This document shows, piece by piece, positions 63,613-64,000 of a DNA stretch of 64,000 bases. Made by a program: the position numbers and the translations under genes. Below the pieces are notes generated by a model. The model saw only the letters and a list, made by a program, of their open reading frames with translations. It was not told where the DNA came from and made no database searches. Source of the stretch: an uncultured Verrucomicrobiae bacterium (GTDB lineage Bacteria; Verrucomicrobiota; Verrucomicrobiia; Chthoniobacterales; JAFAMB01); the NCBI GenBank assembly GCA_963813025.1, contig CAWEXO010000011.1, positions 448,001 to 512,000 on the forward strand, written 5' to 3'. Each line of letters starts with the position of its first letter. The stretch's first letter is position 1.

Positions 63613-64000
63613 TTAGAAGAGTTTTCCGCTCTGCATGAGGAAATGTTCCAGGATCGGCGTCATGGTTAGAGCAGGAAGAAAGGTCAGCGCTCCGACCAGC
63701 AGGATGGTGCCGATGACCAGCACGCCGAACAGGGTTCCCGTCACCGGGAAGGTTCCGGCGCTGGTCGCTACTAACTTCTTTCGTCCGAGTGAACCGGCCA
63801 AAGCCATGACCGGGATAAGCATACCAAAACGCCCAATCATGGTTGCCAGCCCAAGAGTTATATTGTAATGCCGATCTCCGTTTGAAGGATTACCGGTTAG
63901 GCCGGCAAAGGCGCTCCCATTGTTTCCGGTGCAGGAGCTAAACGCATAAAAGATCTCAGCCAGGCCGTGTGGGCCCGAGTTATTGATTCCCGCCTGACCC
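63613..64000 (-). CDS. kdpA: K+-transporting ATPase subunit A (3' part)
   Basis: NSGPHGLAEIFYAFSSCTGNNGSAFAGL...GALTFLPAL. Confidence 0.95.
   Translation of the reverse strand, partial: GQAGINNSGPHGLAEIFYAFSSCTGNNGSAFAGLTGNPSNGDRHYNITLGLATMIGRFGMLIPVMALAGSLGRKKLVATSAGTFPVTGTLFGVLVIGTILLVGALTFLPALTMTPILEHFLMQSGKLF

Overview
Bacterial chromosomal window of moderately high GC. Gene content (DUF4440 paralogues, dnaK-groES-groEL operon, MscS-cNMP fusion, repeat types) suggests a Verrucomicrobiota/Chthoniobacterales-like organism; this is inference only. The intact backbone carries uppP (partial), vapBC, araAD, a sugar isomerase/oxidoreductase pair, mscS-cNMP, ribD, a MalK-type ATPase, tRNA-Ser(GGA), dnaK-groES-groEL, thuA-like, glpX, an ADP-ribosylglycohydrolase, a KS/CLF-like pair, mntR, a PEGA Ser/Thr kinase, a MidA-like methyltransferase, an M42 peptidase, DUF2130 and kdpABC plus a short kdpD. 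A ~15 kb decayed island (13.6-28.9 kb) is a mosaic of roughly 20 gene fragments, including a DUF499/DUF1156 relic, a gene with an internal inversion and a ~1.08 kb transposase-less element with Tn402/Tn7-like ends. The best candidate for something new is an IS110 element inserted at a CT core inside a palindromic repeat family: its 300-bp non-coding end holds exact 13-nt and 11-nt matches to its flank and junction, forming a collinear gapped copy of the reconstructed target, as expected for a bridge-RNA-like guide. Also notable are four mobile elements (IS630, two IS1380, a MITE) stacked at one CTAG, and three small secreted low-complexity peptides. All calls come from reading the sequence and recalling protein families; no database searches were run.
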